Below, one piece after another: positions 29,254-34,895 of a DNA stretch of 34,895 nucleotides. Source of the stretch: an uncultured delta proteobacterium (GTDB lineage Bacteria; Desulfobacterota; Binatia; Bin18). The stretch lies in assembly GCA_963733195.1 (NCBI GenBank), contig CAVTCR010000037.1, positions 1 through 34,895 of the forward strand, in the 5' to 3' direction. Numbering within the stretch: position 1 is the stretch's first letter; each line of letters starts with the position of its first letter. A program made the translations under genes and the position numbers. Below the pieces are notes generated by a model. The model made no database searches and was not told the DNA's origin. It saw only the letters and a program-made list of their open reading frames with translations.

Positions 29254-30404
29254 ATGCAGCGGAGTACTAATCGTATTCTCACCACTCACTGCGGCAGCTT
29301 AGCCCGCCCTGCGGATCTGCTCGATCTGATGAAGGCGAAAGTCAACGGCCAACCATACGATCACAATGCCTATGCCAGGCGAGTGCAGAGCGCTGTCGCC
29401 GAGATTGTTCGCAAGCAAGTCGAAACTGGAATCGACATTGTAACAGATGGTGAGCAGAGCAAGCCTGGGTTCTTCACTTATGTGAACGAACGGCTCACTG
29501 GGTTTGTGCCCAAGCCTGGTGCTCGCTTTTCAATGTTCGCTGATGAAGTCGCCGCCTTTCCAGAGTACTACGAAGAATACTTTCGCCAGGCGATGCTGGG
29601 CGGATCAGTTGCGTCAGTTGTCCCGATGGTGTGCACTGGTCCTGTTACTTATCAAGGACAAGAGGCGCTACAGCGAGACATCGATAACCTCAAAGCAGCA
29701 CTGGCAGGAGTGAATCCCGAGGCAGTTTTCATGCCCGCTGTAGCTCCGAGCGGTGTGGGCACGAACGAATACTACCGCACCGAAGAAGAATACTTGCACG
29801 CAGTCGCAGAAGCCCTACGTACAGAGTACCAAGCAATCGTTAATGCCGGCTTCCTCGTGCAGATTGACGACCCATTCCTTACCGATGTCTACAGCGATTC
29901 CTCTTTGAACAACACCGAGAAACGCAAGAAAGCTGAGATGTATGTCGAGGCACTCAACTATGGCTTGCGAGGGATTCCGGTGGAGAAGGTGCGTTTCCAC
30001 ACCTGTTACGGCATCAATGAGGGACCTCGCGTCTACGATGCTCAGTTGAAGGACGTCTTGGAAGCTATGTTAAAAGTCATGCTGGTGCCTATTCCTTTGA
30101 GGCCGCCAACGCACGGCACGAACATGAATACCATCTCTGGGAAACCGTCAAGCTGCCCGAGGGCAAGGTGCTCATTCCTGGGGTGATTACGCATGCGAGT
30201 AATATTGTCGAACATCCAGAATATATTGCCGAGCGCATCGTTCGCTATGCCAAGCTCGTGGGTCGAGAACACGTGATTGCCGGAGCTGATTGTGGCTTTT
30301 CGTCACAAGCAACCTATCATCCAGAAGTTCATCCGACCGTCGTGTGGGCTAAATTTCAAGCGATGGCAGAAGGCGCACGTTTAGCTACAAAACAGCTCTG
30401 GTAG
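29254..30404 (+). CDS. Cobalamin-independent methionine synthase II family protein (second MetE-like paralog); frameshift near 30075
   Basis: AGGAG RBS; MQRSTNRILTTHCGSLARP, VTDGEQSK, VQIDDP, HTCYG, then in a shifted frame FEAAN..HEHE, LIPGVITH and AGADCGF. Confidence 0.9.
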
Positions 30405-30446
30405 TTACGGTGACGAATGACATCTGCATGCGACTAAGGATTCCCC

Positions 30447-30474
30447 GTAGAGACGCGACATGTCGCGTCTCTAC
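30447..30474. repeat. GTAG-type REP palindrome, intergenic between convergent genes
   Basis: Identical to 4940-4967. Confidence 0.9.
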
Positions 30475-30480
30475 AAAGCC

Positions 30481-31251
30481 CTATTTCTCAACAAGACGAA
30501 AACGCACACCGCAGATATTGACCATATCATCAGCGACGCGTTTTCCACGACGTTCCGCAGCAGCGAGTAATCGCTCTCGATTTGCAACGATCAGATCCAC
30601 TCCGCCAAGTCCTTCACCACGACCATCCGTATCTTTGACAAAGCGAACATCGGCATTGTCAAAGTGGATATTCTGCGCCCCTGCGGCATCCGCCTTCACT
30701 GGCAGTTCGACAATTTGCCCCCACCGGTTGGCCAGTTCTGTGGGATCAGGCGACTGAATCTCTGCCGCTGCGATGCCACGTACTACTTCAGTACGAACCG
30801 CAGATTTCCAATTCTTGCTTGCTGGCATCCACGCCCCATCAAGAGCGTTGTCACCAATCTGTTCATCGATTTCCAGAAGGCAGCCACCAGTGTCACGCGG
30901 GTGGAGCTGCATAATGCGGAATTCTGGCTCGTCATGCTCCATGGCCTTGCGAATGCCAAGTTCCGCAGCGCGACGTTTGCGCGGTGCATGTTCATCACAC
31001 TGGCAGATCACCATGTAACCACCATCGCCTTTACGCCGGTCGAGGTAGCGACCGCCAGCCGTGCCTTCGCGAATTGGCGCGACCACTTCAAGAAATTGAC
31101 TCCCAACCGGGAACACTGCGTTCTCGAGCCCAAAGGTTTTCACCGCCGGGTCACGAAAGGCAACCTCAAGACCAAACACCTCACGAATGTCATCGACAAC
31201 AGGAGCGAGTTCCCGTGCAATCAAGGCAATCTGTCGTACTCGAAGCCACAT
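30481..31251 (-). CDS. VOC/glyoxalase-like family protein
   Basis: LRVRQIALIARELAP...FGLENAVFPVGSQFLEVVAP...GDGGYMVICQ...QLHPRDTGG; AAGGAGG RBS. Confidence 0.8.
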   Translation of the reverse strand: MWLRVRQIALIARELAPVVDDIREVFGLEVAFRDPAVKTFGLENAVFPVGSQFLEVVAPIREGTAGGRYLDRRKGDGGYMVICQCDEHAPRKRRAAELGIRKAMEHDEPEFRIMQLHPRDTGGCLLEIDEQIGDNALDGAWMPASKNWKSAVRTEVVRGIAAAEIQSPDPTELANRWGQIVELPVKADAAGAQNIHFDNADVRFVKDTDGRGEGLGGVDLIVANRERLLAAAERRGKRVADDMVNICGVRFRLVEK

Positions 31252-31368
31252 AGAATGTCCTCCTTTTGATCAGCGTCCCTTAGATCAGGGAGAGGCTATC
31301 ATGGGGTTACCAAGAATCAAATGAGAGTTTCCTCTTTCCAATGTGATATGCTGCGCAGGGGAGGAGGC

Positions 31369-31845
31369 ATGAGCGAACCCATAGTGGATACCCTGGAGAC
31401 AAACCAACTGCTCCTGTTTCTTTGTACTGGCAACTACTACCGCAGTCGCTTTGTGGAACTTCTGTTTAACCATCAGGCCATCCGAGCGGCGCTGTCCTGG
31501 CGTGCGGAATCCCGTGGGATTGCGCTGGATCTTGGGGTGAATAATCGCGGGCCAATCTCTCTGGCGGCGCTGGCAGCACTGCAGGAGCGTGGGATCGTAC
31601 CCGCAAAGCCAGTGCGATTCCCGCAGCAGGTACAAGCAGAGGACTTTGCCCGTGCCCAGCGTATTATTGCGCTCGATGAGGCAGAGCATCGCCCGATATT
31701 GACCCACCGCTTTCCCCAATGGCTTGAGCGGGTTGAATTTTGGCAAGTGCCTGACGTACCACGCACTCCAGTGACCGCCGCCGTAGCATTGATGACTACC
31801 GCAGTACAGGAACTGATGCGGACACTCGTGGACTCGGACTCATGA
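31369..31845 (+). CDS. Low-molecular-weight phosphatase family protein
   Basis: LFLCTGNYYRSRF (CX5R P-loop), AESRG, IIALDE; GGAGG RBS before ATG 31369. Confidence 0.85.
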   Translation: MSEPIVDTLETNQLLLFLCTGNYYRSRFVELLFNHQAIRAALSWRAESRGIALDLGVNNRGPISLAALAALQERGIVPAKPVRFPQQVQAEDFARAQRIIALDEAEHRPILTHRFPQWLERVEFWQVPDVPRTPVTAAVALMTTAVQELMRTLVDSDS

Positions 31846-31910
31846 TACAGTGGGCTAATGACATGTGATGAACAAAATCGATAATCAGAGTTCTTGGTGG
31901 GACGGGCTTC

Positions 31911-31970
31911 GGTAGGACAGGTATCTTGCCTGTCTTCATCCGCAGAAACAGGCTGGAAGCCTATTCTACC
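31911..31970. repeat. GTAG-type REP dimer, intergenic
   Basis: GGTAGGACAGG-TATCTTG-CCTGTC ... ACAGGC-TGGAA-GCCTATTCTACC; imperfect terminal inverted repeats with two internal hairpins. Confidence 0.6.
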
Positions 31971-32051
31971 AACACATAACCAAACTTGGTGGTCAAAACT
32001 CATTAGTCAGAGTACCCGCCCGTCCGAGACGAATGGACTAACACGCTTCTC

Positions 32052-32537
32052 ATGAGGATCTCTATTCCCCTGCTCCGCGCTGCGTATCGTTGCGTCTATC
32101 TGTTGTTACGTGTCTATTGGTTTATCGTGCGTCCGCAGGTGCGGGGGGTAATTTGTCTGCTCGTCCACGAGAATCATTTCTTACTCATTCGCAATACGTA
32201 TGGCCGTCAAAGCTGGACGATGCCGGGCGGCATGATGAAACGAACAGAGGACCCAGAGGTCGCCGTACGGCGCGAGGTGCAGGAAGAAGTCGGCCTTCGC
32301 CTTGAGCATGTCCACTCTCTCGGCCAGTTTACCGGGCGCCAGGCATACCGACGCGATACCATTACAGTGTTTACGGCGCAGGTGCCGAACAGGGTTGTCC
32401 ATCTTGATCCGGGGGAAATTCTAGAGGCGCGCTGGTTTCCCCTGGCAGCGTTGCCACCACTCTCGGGGTATGCCCAACGCGTCGTTCAGCTATGGCAGTC
32501 TTGGTCGCGTAACACTCTCCCGACTTCACCACAGTAA
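32052..32537 (+). CDS. Nudix hydrolase
   Basis: Nudix box GGMMKRTEDPEVAVRREVQEEVGL; EILEARWF. Confidence 0.9.
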   Translation: MRISIPLLRAAYRCVYLLLRVYWFIVRPQVRGVICLLVHENHFLLIRNTYGRQSWTMPGGMMKRTEDPEVAVRREVQEEVGLRLEHVHSLGQFTGRQAYRRDTITVFTAQVPNRVVHLDPGEILEARWFPLAALPPLSGYAQRVVQLWQSWSRNTLPTSPQ

Positions 32538-32581
32538 GCACTATCCTTGCGCAGGCTCTAATATGACAATGAGGTTAAACT

Positions 32582-32668
32582 CTTCGACCTTCGACTACGC
32601 TCAGGACAGGCTTCGCTTCGTGTAGTTTATCCTAAGACTAACAAAGGGCGCAGGCTGAGCGAGAACGG
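32582..32668. repeat. Degenerate nested palindromic repeat upstream of copy 4
   Basis: CTTCGAC-CTTCGACTACGCTCAGGACAGG...TATCCTAAG..AAAGGG...CTGAGCG; short direct repeat plus partially inverted arms. Confidence 0.4.
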
Positions 32669-32724
32669 TTTCATCACACGGTAGAGTGTGTATGATGTTA
32701 GGCATTTCAACATAGACTGTTGCG

Positions 32725-34895
32725 ATGCATTGCCCAAGTTGCCAATTTGACAATCCCGCGGGAGTGAAGTTCTGCATTGAGTGTGGAGCGTCGCTCAAAA
32801 ACCAGTGCTCTGCATGTGGAGTAGAGAATTTGCCGCAGGCCAAATTTTGCGGCGAATGCGGCGCGCCCCTGACGGGAAAACAACCGGCGAAAAGGAAACC
32901 GACTTCGGACTCTCGGCCCCCAGTGAGCTACACCCCGCGACATCTTGCGGAACGGATTCTGGCCGAGCAGGTGGCACTGGAAGCGCGTGGCGCGCCGGAC
33001 GGAGAACGCAAGACCATCACCGCGCTGTTTGCCGACATCAAAGATTCCACCGCGCTGATCGAAGATCTTGATCCCGAAGACGCGCGCCGCATTATCGATC
33101 CAGTGTTACAAGTCATGATGGACGCCGTGCATCGTTACGAAGGCTATGTCGCGCAGTCTTTGGGGGATGGCATCTTCGCGCTGTTTGGTGCTCCCATTGC
33201 CCATGAAGATCATGCGCACCGCGCGCTCTACGCGGCCTTGCTGATGCAGGAGGAAAGCCGGAAACAGGCCGAGCGACTCCGTTTTGAAAAAGGCATCAAC
33301 GTCCAGATTCGCGTCGGCATCAACACCGGCGAGGTGGTGGTGCGCTCGATCCGTAAAGATGATCTCCACACTGATTACGTGCCGATTGGTCACTCCACTA
33401 ACATCGCGTCCCGCATGGAGAGCCTGGCGACGCCAGGGACGATCGTGGTCAGCGAGCATACTCACAAATTGACCGACGGATACTTTGAGTTTACGTCGCT
33501 GGGCGCGGCGCAGATTAAAGGCGTGAGTGAACCGCTCACGATCTATGAGGTGCGTGGGGTTGGTCCGTTGCGTACGAAGTTACAGGTGGCGGCCCGGCGT
33601 GGGCTGGCCCGCTTTATCGGGCGCCAGCGGGAAATGGAGGTGTTACAAGCCGCTTTGCTCCAGGTCAAATCTGGACATGGACAAATTGCCGGGGTGATGG
33701 GCGAGCCGGGCGTGGGAAAGTCTCGCTTGCTCCATGAATTCAAATTGCTCCACCAGGCCGGCTGTCTGATTCTGGAAACTTTTTCCGTCTCCCACGGCAA
33801 AGCTTATCCCTATCTGCCGTTGATCGATCTGCTCAAAAACTATTTTCAGCTCACTAATCAGGATGACGAACGTAAGCGGCGGGAGAAAATCACTGGCAAA
33901 GTGCTGACCCTTGATCGCTCGTTGGAAGAGATCTTGCCCTATCTGTTGCATCTCCTGGGCAGCGCCGAGCCGACGTCGCCGTTGCAACAGATGGACCCAC
34001 AGATTCGCCGCAAGCGTACGCTGGAAGCGATCAAGCGGTTGTTAATCCGCGAGAGTCTCAACCAGTCGCTCGTCTTGATCTTTGAAGATTTGCACTGGTT
34101 GGACAATGAGACACAAGCGTTTCTCAGCTTGCTCGGCGAGAGCATTGCCAGCACGAGAATATTGCTACTGGTCAACTATCGACCCGAGTATCGGCACGAG
34201 TGGGGCAACAAGACGTACTACACGCAATTGCGGCTCGATCCACTGGGCAAACCAGACGCTGAGGAAATGCTGACGGCGATGTTGGGAAATATAGAGACGT
34301 TGCATGCAACGTCTCTACGACAGATGATTCTCGACAAAACCGAAGGTAATCCCTTCTTCATGGAAGAAATCGTACAGGCGTTGGCGGAGCAAGGTGTACT
34401 GGCGCGCGACGGCGTAGAGACGCGACATGTCGCGTCTCTACCGGCGGAGTTGCATCTGCCCCCCACGGTCCAGGCCGTCCTCGCCTCGCGCATCGACCGC
34501 CTGCCGCCGGACGAGAAAGCGTTCCTGCAAACCCTGGCTGTCATCGGCAAAGAATTCTCGCTCGGCTTGGTCAAACAAGTTGCGAATCAATCTGAAGATA
34601 CACTCCAACAGCACCTCTCTCGACTACGCGATGCGGAGTTTATCTACGAACAACCAACCTTTCCGGACGTAGCGTATGTATTCAAGCATGCACTGACGCA
34701 AGAAGTCGCATACAACTCGCTGCTGCAGGAGCGGCGCAAAGTGTTACACGAACGAGCGGCCACAGCGATCGAGACACTATTTCACAATCGGTTAGAGGAT
34801 CAATACAGCGAACTCGCATCACACTACAGCCGTAGCGGGAACACGCAAAAGGCAGTGGACTACCTCGGCTTGGCTGGGCAGCAAGCCGTGCAGCG
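32725..34895 (+). CDS. Double zinc ribbon + class III cyclase + STAND/AAA ATPase (+TPR) protein, copy 4; open frame to the window end
   Basis: Translated by hand; it is absent from the ORF track because there is no stop in the window. MHCPSCQFDNPAGVKFCIECG..CSACGVEN..AKFCGECG, ERKTITALFAD, YVAQSLGDG, GHSTNIASR, GEPGVGKSR, FEDLHW, FKHALTQEVAY. Confidence 0.93.
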   Translation, partial: MHCPSCQFDNPAGVKFCIECGASLKNQCSACGVENLPQAKFCGECGAPLTGKQPAKRKPTSDSRPPVSYTPRHLAERILAEQVALEARGAPDGERKTITALFADIKDSTALIEDLDPEDARRIIDPVLQVMMDAVHRYEGYVAQSLGDGIFALFGAPIAHEDHAHRALYAALLMQEESRKQAERLRFEKGINVQIRVGINTGEVVVRSIRKDDLHTDYVPIGHSTNIASRMESLATPGTIVVSEHTHKLTDGYFEFTSLGAAQIKGVSEPLTIYEVRGVGPLRTKLQVAARRGLARFIGRQREMEVLQAALLQVKSGHGQIAGVMGEPGVGKSRLLHEFKLLHQAGCLILETFSVSHGKAYPYLPLIDLLKNYFQLTNQDDERKRREKITGKVLTLDRSLEEILPYLLHLLGSAEPTSPLQQMDPQIRRKRTLEAIKRLLIRESLNQSLVLIFEDLHWLDNETQAFLSLLGESIASTRILLLVNYRPEYRHEWGNKTYYTQLRLDPLGKPDAEEMLTAMLGNIETLHATSLRQMILDKTEGNPFFMEEIVQALAEQGVLARDGVETRHVASLPAELHLPPTVQAVLASRIDRLPPDEKAFLQTLAVIGKEFSLGLVKQVANQSEDTLQQHLSRLRDAEFIYEQPTFPDVAYVFKHALTQEVAYNSLLQERRKVLHERAATAIETLFHNRLEDQYSELASHYSRSGNTQKAVDYLGLAGQQAVQ
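34291..34318. repeat. REP-variant palindrome in frame in copy 4
   Basis: ATAGAGACGTTGCATGCAACGTCTCTAC with a 26-bp perfect core; encodes IETLHATSL. Confidence 0.85.
34414..34441. repeat. GTAG-type REP palindrome in frame in copy 4
   Basis: Identical to the intergenic copies at 4940 and 30447; encodes VETRHVASL. Confidence 0.9.

Noticed and set aside
4940-34441. 28-bp identical palindromes as CRISPR repeats
   Set aside because: They are dispersed kilobases apart, with no spacers and no cas genes. They fit REP elements.

Overview
Bacterial chromosomal window, probably from a Candidatus Binatia-like or other uncultured deltaproteobacterial genome (inferred from the gene families). The first ~7.6 kb is housekeeping-like: mutM, efp, an RluA-family pseudouridine synthase, cupins, SnoaL proteins and a DUF151 nuclease. 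The rest is dominated by four paralogous class III nucleotide cyclase + STAND/AAA ATPase + TPR genes (8063-11631 +, 15278-18878 -, 24972-28627 +, 32725->end +) and an orphan 3' relic of a fifth (7821-7880). Between them lie thrC, a flavin monooxygenase, an RND/MFP efflux pair, two single-domain MetE-like enzymes, a VOC protein, an LMW phosphatase and a Nudix hydrolase. The most notable patterns are: (i) the cyclase-STAND genes carry REP-type palindromes and 7-9 nt tandem repeats at the same few loop/linker positions, one identical to free intergenic REPs in the window; (ii) the paralogs are mosaics of exchangeable N-terminal, core and TPR modules; (iii) two paralogs run directly into toxin-antitoxin-like pairs. 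Many genes have small frameshifts, including single-copy ones, so sequencing or assembly indels are likely. No rRNA, tRNA, CRISPR array, transposase or integrase was recognised.
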